Below are positions 9,062-19,605 of a DNA stretch of 64,000 nt, in pieces. A model generated the notes under the pieces. It saw nothing but the letters and a program-made list of their open reading frames with translations, was not told the DNA's origin and ran no database searches. The stretch's first letter is position 1, and each line of letters opens with the position of its first letter. A program made the position numbers and the translations under genes. Where the stretch lies: assembly GCA_051382295.1 (NCBI GenBank), contig JBBCAW010000012.1, forward strand, positions 32,001 through 96,000. The letters are read 5' to 3'. Source of the DNA: Bdellovibrionota bacterium FG-1. Its GTDB lineage: Bacteria; Bdellovibrionota; UBA1018.

Positions 9062-10972
9062 TTAAAGACTTTTCCGATATTTTCGGATGAGTTTAAGACT
9101 TCCCAGCACAAGGGCACTTTTTTTGGATTTACCCTTGGAATGGCGTTTCCAAGGATCTCGCTCCTGCGACAGATTGAGGGCCTTCTCCACACTGATTTGA
9201 GGTTGCTCGACTAGGGTAAAGTGTTGATGTTGCACGAGTTCACGAAAGACCTCATGAAGGGCCCGCGTCGGGATTTTTTTGTGCCAGCGGATGAGATGAT
9301 TTGTAATGACTACCGCCGCGTCTCCGGTAATCCGATCGGGCTGATTGATGAGTGAGGATCTCATCATCGTTTCCAGCAAAAGCCGCTGGGTACTGGGGGC
9401 CTTGAAGTCTTGTGACGAAAGTCGACCGAGCAAGTCTCGATAGGCGGCTTGAAATTCACTGATCCGTCGCTCGCGAAAGGGAGAAATCTGTAGATCCTCG
9501 GGCCGAGCGCTACCGGAGGCCATGAGATCGGTAAAAACTTGAGATTCGAGGGTGGGGTTCCCGCCTTGTTTGATCTGTTCGAGTAGTCGTCTGGGGTATT
9601 CACGAAGTAGATCCCGCATCGAGAAAACAACATCGCGATTTTGGCCATCGGGGACTGAGTAGACCCCTTTTTTAGAGCGAACCCGTTCTAAGTAGCTGAA
9701 AATTCTCCTGAAATTCATTACTGGTTGTAGGTGCTTTTCAAGGAGAATAGTTCTATTTTTCGCGGAGAATCCCACTTTTTTCAAAAGACATTGCAGGTAA
9801 ACGAGTTCGAATTCCCGGTCAAAGATTTTCAATGCGGGATCATGCCGAAATTTTCGGATATTTTTTTTGGAACCGGTGATTAGGAAATCTCGGATTTGGG
9901 CGAAACATTGAACGATATATCGGGCTTTGATCCGCTGTTCTGGAAGGCAGGTCGAAAACCGATCGACATCGTCGTAACGGTAGTCTCCATAATACATGCC
10001 AAATTGTCGGACGGAGCCGTAGTCGATAATGCCGCCGTTGGCGAGGACGTTGTCCCCGTCCCAATCCATCCAGCAAAAGATATATTCGCTCTCAAAAACC
10101 GCCGCTGAGCGCGCGAAAGTTCGCGCGATTTCATCTGAAAAAAACCGATATTTTTCTTCACTGCCCAGGTGTTTCGGCCATTCTGAATTTTGAATCTGTC
10201 GGGCGAAGTAATAATCCACCGTGGCCTTCAGGGATTCAAGCTGACCCTGTTTGAGGTGACAAAAGAAGTGAGAGGGTCTGATCAAGTTTTGTCCCGCGCG
10301 GACATTGATTGAAGTGCCTTTTTCAGCCCCAGAAAATCCGATAATCACAAGGGTTCGCTCGGTGGCCACGTTGTTTTGATGGAAAATTTCGCTCATGAGC
10401 GCGGCGCTCATGCCTTCGTCAAGGGTATTATAACCATTTCCGTAGCCCACTCGCTTATCGCCTGTTTTGAAGTTCTTTCCGGTGAGGGCGGCCGCGGGGC
10501 TAAGGCAGGTGGCTCCGGTGCCCGAACTCGAGATGTCCCAGGTGATTCCGCTTTTGCCTCGAAATTCAGCATTCCAAATTCCTCGGCCATCGCCGGAGGT
10601 CTTACCTTGTTTATTGGGATGTTGAAGCTGGAGGTAGCGGGTCGCCATATAACGATTGGGTCGAATGTCTTTTTCGTTAAAATGGGTATTTTTGGCGATA
10701 TCGTATTCGTTGATGATCACTAGACTAAATGTATCAAGTAGTTTTCGTTCAAGCCGTTCATTCATATGGTCTGGATGATCAGGCGGAATGAGGCCCATTT
10801 CCTTGGCGAGCGGAAAGTTAAAGAAGACCACCTGGCCTCCACGGCGGGTGCGGACCTGGTATTCAACGGCCCCTGAGGGGACCGCCCTCTTGAACGAATG
10901 CTCGCCATTGAGTTTTTCGAACTCCTGATAGGGCTGCTCCCCTTGTGAAAGATTCGATTTCTGGAGTTTCAT
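9062..10972 (-). CDS. Divergent SelO/YdiU-like pseudokinase (putative AMPylase)
   Basis: GDGRG, SEIFHQNNVATERTL, IRPSHF and DGDNVLANGGIIDYG parallel the SelO motifs GDGR, SEAM..LGIPTTRAL and NTDNM..G.TIDYG. Confidence 0.7.
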   Translation of the reverse strand: MKLQKSNLSQGEQPYQEFEKLNGEHSFKRAVPSGAVEYQVRTRRGGQVVFFNFPLAKEMGLIPPDHPDHMNERLERKLLDTFSLVIINEYDIAKNTHFNEKDIRPNRYMATRYLQLQHPNKQGKTSGDGRGIWNAEFRGKSGITWDISSSGTGATCLSPAAALTGKNFKTGDKRVGYGNGYNTLDEGMSAALMSEIFHQNNVATERTLVIIGFSGAEKGTSINVRAGQNLIRPSHFFCHLKQGQLESLKATVDYYFARQIQNSEWPKHLGSEEKYRFFSDEIARTFARSAAVFESEYIFCWMDWDGDNVLANGGIIDYGSVRQFGMYYGDYRYDDVDRFSTCLPEQRIKARYIVQCFAQIRDFLITGSKKNIRKFRHDPALKIFDREFELVYLQCLLKKVGFSAKNRTILLEKHLQPVMNFRRIFSYLERVRSKKGVYSVPDGQNRDVVFSMRDLLREYPRRLLEQIKQGGNPTLESQVFTDLMASGSARPEDLQISPFRERRISEFQAAYRDLLGRLSSQDFKAPSTQRLLLETMMRSSLINQPDRITGDAAVVITNHLIRWHKKIPTRALHEVFRELVQHQHFTLVEQPQISVEKALNLSQERDPWKRHSKGKSKKSALVLGSLKLIRKYRKSL

Positions 10973-11013
10973 GTTCGGCTTATCGGAAGATTTCGAATAA
11001 AATTAAAGTTCAG

Positions 11014-11688
11014 ATGACTCAATACTCATTGGTTCTCTATTCAGGTGGACAAAATCGGGCAAATGTTCGGCTTCATCAGGAATTGATTCGCTTGGCTCGT
11101 CAAAAAACTGACGGCCCCTTGCGAATGACCTACCTTCCGTTTTGTGCGGATGGATCCGAGACTTACTTTATGCGCTCCGTGAAACGGTATGCGCGATTCG
11201 GAGTGGATTCGTTTTGTTGCCTGCGCGCAGATCAGCGGCCATCGGCGAGTCAAATTCGAAGTGCGCTCAATACGCATATTGTCTATCTGGCAGGCGGAAA
11301 TACCTTCTATTTTTTACAAGCCTTGAGGCGTTCGGGATTGCTTTCATTTCTTAAGGACTTTGCGGACCAGGGTGGCATTTTCGCGGGCTTGAGCGCTGGC
11401 GCTCATATTCTGAGTCCGCATATTGGCTTAGCGGGGGCGGTCGGATTGGACCCTGATGAAAATGAAGTGGGCCTGAAAAATTTCAAGGCCCTAGGTTTAG
11501 TGCCATTTGAGGTGCTGCCGCATTTTGACAAATCCCCTGGCAAGTTGGCGGCGATTCAGAGGTATTCGCGCCGCAGCGTCTATCCCATCTATGCGTGTCC
11601 TGATGGTGCGGGAATTGTAGTCGAAAAAGGCAAAGTCCGCCCCCTTGGCCGAGGAGTTCGCCTTTATTTTGATGGTATGGAATTATAA
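11014..11688 (+). CDS. Peptidase S51 (PepE/dipeptidase E-like)
   Basis: YLAGGNTFY, GLSAGA nucleophile elbow, LGLVPFEVLPHF. Confidence 0.85.
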   Translation: MTQYSLVLYSGGQNRANVRLHQELIRLARQKTDGPLRMTYLPFCADGSETYFMRSVKRYARFGVDSFCCLRADQRPSASQIRSALNTHIVYLAGGNTFYFLQALRRSGLLSFLKDFADQGGIFAGLSAGAHILSPHIGLAGAVGLDPDENEVGLKNFKALGLVPFEVLPHFDKSPGKLAAIQRYSRRSVYPIYACPDGAGIVVEKGKVRPLGRGVRLYFDGMEL

Positions 11689-12831
11689 ACGCCCTTTTTG
11701 CATTTCGGCGACAAATTGGTCAAAAAGTGCCACTGAGTCGTGAGGCCCAGGGCAGGCCTCAGGATGGTACTGAACCGAAAAAGCTCTCTGGCCTGAAACT
11801 CGTAAACCTTCGACGGTTTTATCGTTGAGATTGATATGGGTGATTTCCGTGTTGGCGGGAAGGGATAGCGCATCGACGGCGTAACCATGATTGTGGGAGC
11901 TAATCTCCACCCTCCGGGTATCCTGGTTCACGACGGGTTGATTACCTCCACGATGGCCAAATTTAAGTTTATAGGTTTTAGCACCCAGGGCGAGCGCAAG
12001 GATCTGATGACCCATGCATACCCCAAATAAGGCGACCTTGCCCAGCACTGCTCGGACAGTTTCTGCAACATATAATGCGGCAGAGGGATCGCCCGGACCG
12101 TTGGAGAGAAACACTCCGTCTGGATGTCGGGCTAAAATTTCTTGAGCTGAAGTTTTGGCTGGCACGACTTCGATATCGCAGCCGAGGACCTCAAGGCTGC
12201 GCAGCAAATTCCATTTGATACCCAAATCGAGCGCCACTACTTTGTAGCGCTTTCCCGTCGCAGTGGGCTGCGGGTGAGTTTTGCTAATGCTGCTCCAAAA
12301 GTAGGGCTTTTGAGTGGTCACTTCGTCGATCAGGTCACGTCCCTCGAATAAGGGCAGTTCGGCAAATAACTCTTTGGCTTTGTCCCGTTCCTGAATGGGA
12401 AGGATCATTCCGCGTAGCGCTCCCTGTGAGCGCAAGTGCTGGGTAAGGGCCCGCGTATCCACATTCATGAGACCAGGAATACCCTGTTTGATGAGGTAGG
12501 AATGGAGATCGCTCTCTGAACGCCAATGTTGACTTGTTTCAGAGTTTTCTTGAATCACAAAGCCAGCGCACCAGGGGTGAGCGCTTTCGGCATCTTGGGC
12601 ATTCACGCCCGTATTGCCGACGTGGGAAGCGGTCATGCAAACAATTTGTCCGTAATACGAGGGATCCGTGAGAATCTCTTGATAACCCGTCATCGAGGTA
12701 TTGAAAACAACTTCGCCGTAACCTCGGTCTCGGATGTTTGAAGCTGTAGCAGCTCCAAACATCAAACCTTCGAAGGAAGAGCCGTCCTCGAGGATGAGGA
12801 TGCCCGGACAAAACGGGGCCACCGCGGTCAT
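11683..12831 (-). CDS. carA: Carbamoyl-phosphate synthase small subunit
   Basis: GEVVFNTSMTGYQEILTDPSY, LSNGPGDP, GVCMGHQ, SVQYHPEACPGPHD. Confidence 0.97.
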   Translation of the reverse strand: MTAVAPFCPGILILEDGSSFEGLMFGAATASNIRDRGYGEVVFNTSMTGYQEILTDPSYYGQIVCMTASHVGNTGVNAQDAESAHPWCAGFVIQENSETSQHWRSESDLHSYLIKQGIPGLMNVDTRALTQHLRSQGALRGMILPIQERDKAKELFAELPLFEGRDLIDEVTTQKPYFWSSISKTHPQPTATGKRYKVVALDLGIKWNLLRSLEVLGCDIEVVPAKTSAQEILARHPDGVFLSNGPGDPSAALYVAETVRAVLGKVALFGVCMGHQILALALGAKTYKLKFGHRGGNQPVVNQDTRRVEISSHNHGYAVDALSLPANTEITHINLNDKTVEGLRVSGQRAFSVQYHPEACPGPHDSVALFDQFVAEMQKGRL

Positions 12832-14114
12832 GGATAAACCAGCCTTCCGCCCACAATGGTGTGGGCTACCTGGGTATTGAATTTTGAATTCAAAAATGGG
12901 GAGTTATGACTTTTAGAACAGATTTGATTCTTGGTGAAAACCCATTCGGTTCCCGTGCGTAAAATCGTGATATCGGCTTCCGATCCGATACGAAGAGTTC
13001 CATAAGGGAGGTTGAGGAGTTTCGCTGGAGCTCGAGTGAGGGAGTCGATCCAGCGATTCAGGGAGATCACGCCGTCTTCGACCAGTTGAAAGGTAACGGG
13101 CACTGCCGTCTGAAGGCCAATAATCCCATTAGCTGCCTGATCAAACTCGACCGCTTTATCAATCACTCCGTGGGGGGCATGGTCGGTGGCGATGATATCG
13201 ACTAGACCGCTAGCAACGGCTTGGACGAGAGCTTCGACATCTTGCGCCGAGCGAAGTGGCGGGCACATTTTGAATTGAGTGTCATATCCGCGCACGTGGC
13301 TTTCGTTGAGTGTGAGATGGTGAGGGGATGCCTCGGCTGTGACAGGAAGTCCCGCTTCTTTAGCGCGTCTCACATGTTCTAAGCCCACGATCGTAGAGAT
13401 ATGGGCGATATGAATCGGCGCACGGGTCAATCGACAGAGGGCCACTTCTCGGGCAACCATGATTTCTTCTGCGGCGGCGGGATTTCCCCTGAGGCCAAGC
13501 TCACTGGAAAGCGCACTTTCGTTGACCACCCCTTGGCCGACCAGATGAGCATCTTCGGCATGGCTGATAATCGGAATTCCAAAAGCCTTGGAGTAGTCCA
13601 TGGCCTTTCGCATGAGGTACGAATTCATGATGGACAGGCCATCGTCGCTGATTGCTTTGGCGCCTTCTGCAACCATTCCACCGATTTCGGCGAGCTCCTC
13701 ACCTTTGAGGCCTTTGGTGACGGCTCCAATAATATGAACGCGGCAAAGAGCGGACGCTCGTGCCTTTTCGCGAATGAAGGCAGTGACATAGGCGTTGTCA
13801 TTTACGGGATGGGTATTGGCCATGCAAGCAACACTGGTAAAGCCACCCGCCACTGCCGCCCTTGTTCCCGTTTCAATCGTTTCTTTGTATTCCAGGCCAG
13901 GTTCACGCAAGTGAACATGGATATCGATTAGGCCAGGGATGACGAGCAAACCCTTTGCTTCAATCACTTGTCCAGCCCGGGAAAGAGGGATTTTCCCCGG
14001 GCCGTCGATCGCGACAATTTTGCCATCTTCGACCAAAAGATCGCCCGGCGAATCGTAGTTTTGGGAAGGATCAACGATCCGGCCTTCGCGGATCAGGATA
14101 CGGGTGTCAGCCAT
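12828..14114 (-). CDS. pyrC: Dihydroorotase
   Basis: PGLIDIHVHLREPG, EASPHHL, IATDHAPH; lies between pyrB and carA. Confidence 0.95.
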   Translation of the reverse strand: MADTRILIREGRIVDPSQNYDSPGDLLVEDGKIVAIDGPGKIPLSRAGQVIEAKGLLVIPGLIDIHVHLREPGLEYKETIETGTRAAVAGGFTSVACMANTHPVNDNAYVTAFIREKARASALCRVHIIGAVTKGLKGEELAEIGGMVAEGAKAISDDGLSIMNSYLMRKAMDYSKAFGIPIISHAEDAHLVGQGVVNESALSSELGLRGNPAAAEEIMVAREVALCRLTRAPIHIAHISTIVGLEHVRRAKEAGLPVTAEASPHHLTLNESHVRGYDTQFKMCPPLRSAQDVEALVQAVASGLVDIIATDHAPHGVIDKAVEFDQAANGIIGLQTAVPVTFQLVEDGVISLNRWIDSLTRAPAKLLNLPYGTLRIGSEADITILRTGTEWVFTKNQICSKSHNSPFLNSKFNTQVAHTIVGGRLVYP

Positions 14115-15049
14115 TGGTTTAGCCCTTCGGGATTGCAGACCGCCGCTAAGACGGCCATACGCACAAGTACTCCATTAAACACTTGATCTAAAATGACAGA
14201 ATGCGGACCATCAGCGACCTCAGGATCGAGTTCGACCCCGCGATTGACTGGGCCGGGATGCAACAAGATAGCCCCGGGTTTGAGAAGTTTGGCGCGTTCT
14301 TTATTGATACCCCAAAAATGCGCATATTCGGCCACGGACGGCACCTGCATCTTGTTTTGGCGTTCGAGTTGAATTCGAAGCGCCATGACTACGTCGGCCT
14401 CAGGGAGGAGTTCTTCCGGACGGTAGGCAAAATCGACGCCTAAACACTCAGGCTGAGGCGGCAAGAGAGTCGGTGGTCCACAAACGGCCACGCGAGCGCC
14501 GAGTTTTTTTAAAATATGAATGTTGGAGCGAGCCACCCGCGAGTGGGCGATGTCACCCAAAATGACGACGCGTTTTCCCTTGAGATCGCCCAATTTTTCT
14601 TCCATCGTAAAAGCGTCGAGCAGTCCTTGGGTCGGATGTTCGTGAAAACCATCGCCGGCATTGACCACCGGGACACGCTGGTTTTTGGCTAAAAAAAGAG
14701 GACTCCCGGCTGAAGAATGCCTTACGACAAAGCAATGAGCCCGCATCGCTTCGATATTTTTGGCCGTATCGATCAAGGTTTCTCCCTTGGCGACGCTGGA
14801 GTTCGCGACGGCGATCGAGAGCGTAGAGCCCCCCAGTCGGCGTGCTGCGAGGTCAAAGGAGTTTCGAGTGCGGGTGGAGTTTTCAAAAAACAGGGTAACC
14901 ACCGTTTTTCCCTGGAGCAGGGGGACGGTTTCTCCCCGTTCCACAAAGGGAGAAAACTTTTTTGCGGCCATCAGAAGATATCGAATCTCATTTTTGCTCA
15001 GGTCTGCGGCGGCAATTAACTGTGAGAGGCGAATAGGGGTAGGGGTCAC
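14093..15049 (-). CDS. pyrB: Aspartate carbamoyltransferase catalytic subunit
   Basis: FFENSTRTR, HEHPTQGLLD, GDIAHSRVARSN, HPGPVNRGVE. Confidence 0.97.
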   Translation of the reverse strand: MTPTPIRLSQLIAAADLSKNEIRYLLMAAKKFSPFVERGETVPLLQGKTVVTLFFENSTRTRNSFDLAARRLGGSTLSIAVANSSVAKGETLIDTAKNIEAMRAHCFVVRHSSAGSPLFLAKNQRVPVVNAGDGFHEHPTQGLLDAFTMEEKLGDLKGKRVVILGDIAHSRVARSNIHILKKLGARVAVCGPPTLLPPQPECLGVDFAYRPEELLPEADVVMALRIQLERQNKMQVPSVAEYAHFWGINKERAKLLKPGAILLHPGPVNRGVELDPEVADGPHSVILDQVFNGVLVRMAVLAAVCNPEGLNQWLTPVS

Positions 15050-15693
15050 TCAATCCTCCTAAACATACGGTCCAAACGAAGGGTGGGAAAATGAGCTGTC
15101 GTGATATTGGGGGCACTGGGTTGAATCGACAGCCAAATCCATTGCGCACGGCCTTTTATGTTCTCGATGCGAATCATGCCCCAGCTTCGCCGCTTTTTGA
15201 GATCCGATGGGCTCTGGGTTCTTAAATCACCGATCACAAAAACGGATCCATCGGGCACCTTCTCGGGGCCAAAGTCTTCGACTAACGGTTGTTCCCAACA
15301 AACAGGATAGGTTCGAGCGGCGATGATTTCTTGACCGCAGGGAGCGAGGGGGCGATCTCCAGCGGCGGCAAGCGGTTTGCCATTGAGCGATACGCGACCT
15401 TTGCGCACTTCGATCAAATCGCCCGCAAGGCCGACGACTCTTTTGATGTATTCGCGAGGAGGTTCGCCGGATCCCGCAAAAATCACGACATCGCCCGCCT
15501 TAACTTTGCGGTCAAAACCGATGGGCCACTTAAGTACAAATATAGTGTCACCGGGTTCAAGGGTGGGTCGCATCGCAGGGGTTGGGATACGATAGGCTTC
15601 GATAATAAAACCACGAATGAACAGCGCGACGATCACAGCCGCGAAGATCGCGATCCCGTAGTCTCGAAAGATTTTCCGGGTCGATGGTCTCAC
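15046..15693 (-). CDS. lepB: Signal peptidase I homologue with substituted catalytic Ser
   Basis: TM anchor, AYRIPTPAMRPTL (box B), YIKRVVGLAGD (box D), VIGD (box E); directly downstream of lepA; start GTG 15693 inferred. Confidence 0.8.
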   Translation of the reverse strand: MRPSTRKIFRDYGIAIFAAVIVALFIRGFIIEAYRIPTPAMRPTLEPGDTIFVLKWPIGFDRKVKAGDVVIFAGSGEPPREYIKRVVGLAGDLIEVRKGRVSLNGKPLAAAGDRPLAPCGQEIIAARTYPVCWEQPLVEDFGPEKVPDGSVFVIGDLRTQSPSDLKKRRSWGMIRIENIKGRAQWIWLSIQPSAPNITTAHFPTLRLDRMFRRIE

Positions 15694-15706
15694 GTTTGTG
15701 CCCTCG

Positions 15707-17503
15707 TTATTCCACCTTAAGAACCGCAAGGAATGCCTCTTGCGGTATTTCAACGTTACCGATCTGCTTCATTCGTTTTTTGCCCTCTTTTTGTTTTTCG
15801 AGGAGTTTGCGTTTACGCGAGATATCGCCGCCGTAGCACTTGGCTGTCACATTTTTGCGAAGGGCGGAGATACTCTCTCGAGCGATAATCTTGGAGCCGA
15901 TAGCGGCTTGAATTGCGATTTCGAACATTTGTCGGTCGATCAACTCTTTCATTTTTTTGACGAGTTCTCGTCCACGGTGAGCAGCTTTGTCTCTGTGGAT
16001 AATCAACGAAAGGGCATCCACCGGCTCGCCATTGACCAGGATATCTAACTTGATCAGATTAGATTCACGGTAATCCGCCAGTTCGTAATCCATCGACGCA
16101 TAGCCTTTGGTGGTGCTTTTGAGGCGGTCAAAAAAGTCAAAAACCATCTCATTGAGTGGCATTTCATAATGGAGGGCCACTCGATCGGCGGTGATATAAT
16201 CCATCTTAATTTGGATTCCTCGCCGGTCGTTCAGGAGCGTCATGACCGCACCGACGTATTCCGAAGGCATATGAATGGTCATCTTGATGAAGGGCTCTTC
16301 AATTGTAACGATTTTAGTTTGATCGGGCAGCTTGGCAGGATTGTCGATCCAGATTTCCAAGCCATCCGTCTGGGTGACTTTGTAAATCACGGAGGGCGCG
16401 GTTGTGATGAGATTGAGATTGTATTCGCGTTCCAGGCGCTCCTGAACCACATCCATGTGAAGCAGACCCAAAAAGCCACATCGAAAGCCGAAGCCTAGAG
16501 CATTTGAGGTCTCGGGTTCCCAGCTGATGGCAGCATCGTTGAGTCGCAGTTTTTCGAGCGCCTCTTTGAGATCCCCGTATTGGTCCGCGTCAATGGGGTA
16601 GACGCCACAAAATACCATGGGTTTGACTTCCTTAAACCCTTCGAGCGGTTTCTGAGAAAGCTCGGCAGCATCCATGATTGTATCGCCGACACGCATATCC
16701 CGAACATCTTTGATACCGGTGACAATCGCGCCAACTTCGCCGCTCGTGAGTTCGGCCACATCGGTGTATTTGGGTGTAAAGGTTCCCACGCGTTGGACTT
16801 CAAATTCTTTTCCGACGTGAAAAAGACGGATTTTTGTGCCCTTTTTTACGCGTCCCTCCATGATCCGGCAAAGTGCGACCACACCCTGATAAGGATCAAA
16901 CCAACTATCGTAGATCATGGCTCGTAAAGGCTCGTCGTCCGCATCCTTAGGTGGAGGAAAATGATGAACAATCGCTTCAAGAATTTCGTCGATACCGATT
17001 CCAGACTTGGCGCTGCAAAAAACGGCATGGCTCGTATCCACTAGCCCTATCATTTCATCAATGTCTTTAAGGACCCGTTGGGGGTCGGCGCTCGGGAGGT
17101 CAATTTTATTAATGGCTGGAAAAACTTCGAGATTGTTGTCGAGGGCCAAGAAGACATTGGCGAGCGTTTGGGCTTCCACCCCTTGTGAAGCGTCCACAAC
17201 GAGGATGGCGCCTTCGCAGGCGGCAAGTGAGCGGGAGACTTCATAGGTGAAGTCAACATGACCCGGTGTGTCGATCAAATTGAGGACGTATTTTTGTCCA
17301 TTTTTAGCCGTATAATTGAGTCTGACGCTTTGAGCTTTGATGGTAATTCCGCGTTCGCGCTCAATATCCATATTGTCGAGGTATTGGGATTCCATCTCAC
17401 GGGCGGTGACAGTTCCCGTTCGTTCCAAAAGCCGGTCGGCTAAAGTGGATTTACCGTGGTCGATATGTGCGATAATGCAGAAATTACGGATATTTTTAGC
17501 CAT
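15707..17503 (-). CDS. lepA: Elongation factor 4
   Basis: [60 protein letters not shown]. Confidence 0.99.
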   Translation of the reverse strand: MAKNIRNFCIIAHIDHGKSTLADRLLERTGTVTAREMESQYLDNMDIERERGITIKAQSVRLNYTAKNGQKYVLNLIDTPGHVDFTYEVSRSLAACEGAILVVDASQGVEAQTLANVFLALDNNLEVFPAINKIDLPSADPQRVLKDIDEMIGLVDTSHAVFCSAKSGIGIDEILEAIVHHFPPPKDADDEPLRAMIYDSWFDPYQGVVALCRIMEGRVKKGTKIRLFHVGKEFEVQRVGTFTPKYTDVAELTSGEVGAIVTGIKDVRDMRVGDTIMDAAELSQKPLEGFKEVKPMVFCGVYPIDADQYGDLKEALEKLRLNDAAISWEPETSNALGFGFRCGFLGLLHMDVVQERLEREYNLNLITTAPSVIYKVTQTDGLEIWIDNPAKLPDQTKIVTIEEPFIKMTIHMPSEYVGAVMTLLNDRRGIQIKMDYITADRVALHYEMPLNEMVFDFFDRLKSTTKGYASMDYELADYRESNLIKLDILVNGEPVDALSLIIHRDKAAHRGRELVKKMKELIDRQMFEIAIQAAIGSKIIARESISALRKNVTAKCYGGDISRKRKLLEKQKEGKKRMKQIGNVEIPQEAFLAVLKVE

Positions 17504-17595
17504 GTGAGAGTTTCCGGCAAACTAGCAGAGCGGGTCTGTGTTCCGCAAGGATTTCTATTATTGACTTTGGCGTTCCGCTTGAGGATAGATTCAGT

Positions 17596-18744
17596 GTGTC
17601 AAATTTGAATGAAAATACCATGATTGTCAAAATTCAAGATCTTGCCCGCGGTGGAGCTGGGGTTTCCCGAGATGGGACAGGGCGCGTTGTTTTTGTGCCA
17701 TTTACGGCCCCCGGCGACGAGGTCCGAATTAGAATCGTCGAAGAAAAGAAAAATTACGCCCAAGGTGACCTGGTGGAGGTGCTCCAGCCTTCTTCAATCC
17801 GTCAAACCCCTCCCTGTCCCGTTTTTGGGCATTGTGGTGGGTGCCAATGGCAGCATCTCCCTTATGAGCTTCAGTGGAAAACCAAGTTCGAAGGGGTTTT
17901 GCACGCTCTATCACGTGCCGGGATAGAGCGCCCGTCTCAGGTCGAGTTGCTTCCGGCCGAGCAAATTTGGGAATATCGCAATCGGATCCAACTGAGAGGG
18001 TTGGGTGATCAAATTGGCTTTTATGCGGCGGGATCCAATCAACGTATTGCAGTGGATCGATGCGCCATTGCGCGGCCTGAAATTAATGCGGTTTGGGAAG
18101 ACACTCGCGAACAGGGGCGGCGGTATTCAGCGCCCTATAAGGTCGAAGTGGAGGTTCTCGAAAATGGCGAAATTCGACGAACTTGGAACTCTCCTCATGC
18201 GGCAGCCGGGTTTAGGCAAGTTCACGATGAGCAAAACCAAAAACTTCGAGCCTGGGTTCAGGGAGCGCTGACTCCCGGGAATGCTGTTTTGGATCTCTAC
18301 GGTGGTGCTGGAAATTTGTCGCTCGGTTTAGGAGCGATCGCAACCGAGGTGCGTTGTGTGGATATGGGCGCTCCCCAAAAGGAGAGAGCCGCTCAACTCG
18401 TCCCCCAATGGACCGGAACTCCTGGCTCTTACCATTTTGAGCGCGAATCCGTGGTTCGTTGGTTGGTGCGGCAGGCGGGGTCGACGCCGCGAGCCCGGTT
18501 TTCTTCAGCCTTATTAGATCCCCCACGCGAGGGGATTTCTGCGGATTTTGTGGCGATTTCGGAATCTTTGGAAACTCTAGGGGTTTCTGAGTTGGTGGCT
18601 GTCGGATGTGATCCGGACTCGTGGGTGAGGGATTTGTCGAGATTTTTGCAACGCGGCTGGAAGCTCGAAAAAGTGGCATTTTTGGACTTGTTTCCTCAAA
18701 CTCCGCATGTCGAAAGTTTGGCGCACCTGAAGCGGCTATCATAA
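17596..18744 (+). CDS. TRAM-domain RNA m5U methyltransferase (RlmD/TrmA family)
   Basis: TRAM N-terminus, CPVFGHCGGCQWQ Fe-S motif, DLYGGAGN SAM motif, DPPREG, catalytic GCDP, DLFPQTPHVE. Confidence 0.9.
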   Translation: MSNLNENTMIVKIQDLARGGAGVSRDGTGRVVFVPFTAPGDEVRIRIVEEKKNYAQGDLVEVLQPSSIRQTPPCPVFGHCGGCQWQHLPYELQWKTKFEGVLHALSRAGIERPSQVELLPAEQIWEYRNRIQLRGLGDQIGFYAAGSNQRIAVDRCAIARPEINAVWEDTREQGRRYSAPYKVEVEVLENGEIRRTWNSPHAAAGFRQVHDEQNQKLRAWVQGALTPGNAVLDLYGGAGNLSLGLGAIATEVRCVDMGAPQKERAAQLVPQWTGTPGSYHFERESVVRWLVRQAGSTPRARFSSALLDPPREGISADFVAISESLETLGVSELVAVGCDPDSWVRDLSRFLQRGWKLEKVAFLDLFPQTPHVESLAHLKRLS

Positions 18745-18819
18745 GATCTTCCACTATAATGAGTTTGGCCTTTGACACCGAACGAAATGCCTTTTACCCT
18801 GATAATACAGGGGAATGCG

Positions 18820-19605
18820 ATGAGACGTTGGGTTTCAAAATCCATGGCTGCCGTGTTCGGCGTGATGCTCTTCGGTGCGCAGTTGGGTTGCGCGACCACG
18901 AACTCTGAGAAAAAAGTTTTGAGTCACACTGAGCGTGCTCAGATGTTGATTGAAATCGCTAATGGAGCGCTCGCTGAAAATGATCCTACCGGCGCACTCC
19001 AGAGTCTCATGGCGGCTGAAAAAGAAGACAATCAATTGCCTGAACTTTATCATTCAAAAGGCCTCGCCTTTTATGGCAAGCACGATTTAAATTCGGCAAT
19101 TGTTGCGGTCAGAAGAGCGGTGGAGCTGAAGTCGGATTATTCAGACGCCAACAGTACTCTGGGAAAACTCTTGATTGATGCGGGCAAAGGGAGCGAAGCC
19201 GAGCCTTTTCTGAATCAAGCGGCGAACGATCCGCTCTATCGGGAGGCTTACAAGCCCCTCACTAACTTGGGTGTTCTTTATTATCGTCGCGGCGAATTGA
19301 CTCGCGCCGAAGGGTTTCTTTCGCGAGCGATCGAGTCGGCACCGATGGTTGCCTGCGTGGCCTTTTACTATCGGGGACATATTCGTTTGAGCGAATCACG
19401 TCTTCAGGATGCCGTTAAGGATTATGATAATGCGGCTAAGCGAGTGTGCGCCAATTTTGCCGATGCTCATCTGGCGATGGGGATTGCTTACGAACGTGGC
19501 AAACAATACGACCTCGCCCGCAAAAAATATCTGGAAATCCAAAACCGTTACCCCAACACGAAAGTAGCCGAACAAGCGGTGACTCATTTGAGGTTATTAC
19601 CCTGA
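18820..19605 (+). CDS. TPR lipoprotein, PilF/PilW/Tgl-like secretin pilotin
   Basis: Lipobox LGC, tandem TPR helices, A..DPLY motif; immediately upstream of a rodZ-like gene, as for pilF in many proteobacteria. Confidence 0.7.
   Translation: MRRWVSKSMAAVFGVMLFGAQLGCATTNSEKKVLSHTERAQMLIEIANGALAENDPTGALQSLMAAEKEDNQLPELYHSKGLAFYGKHDLNSAIVAVRRAVELKSDYSDANSTLGKLLIDAGKGSEAEPFLNQAANDPLYREAYKPLTNLGVLYYRRGELTRAEGFLSRAIESAPMVACVAFYYRGHIRLSESRLQDAVKDYDNAAKRVCANFADAHLAMGIAYERGKQYDLARKKYLEIQNRYPNTKVAEQAVTHLRLLP

Noticed and set aside
11683..15049. carA without adjacent carB as a pathway anomaly
   Set aside because: Split carA/carB arrangements are common, and the rest of the genome is not visible.
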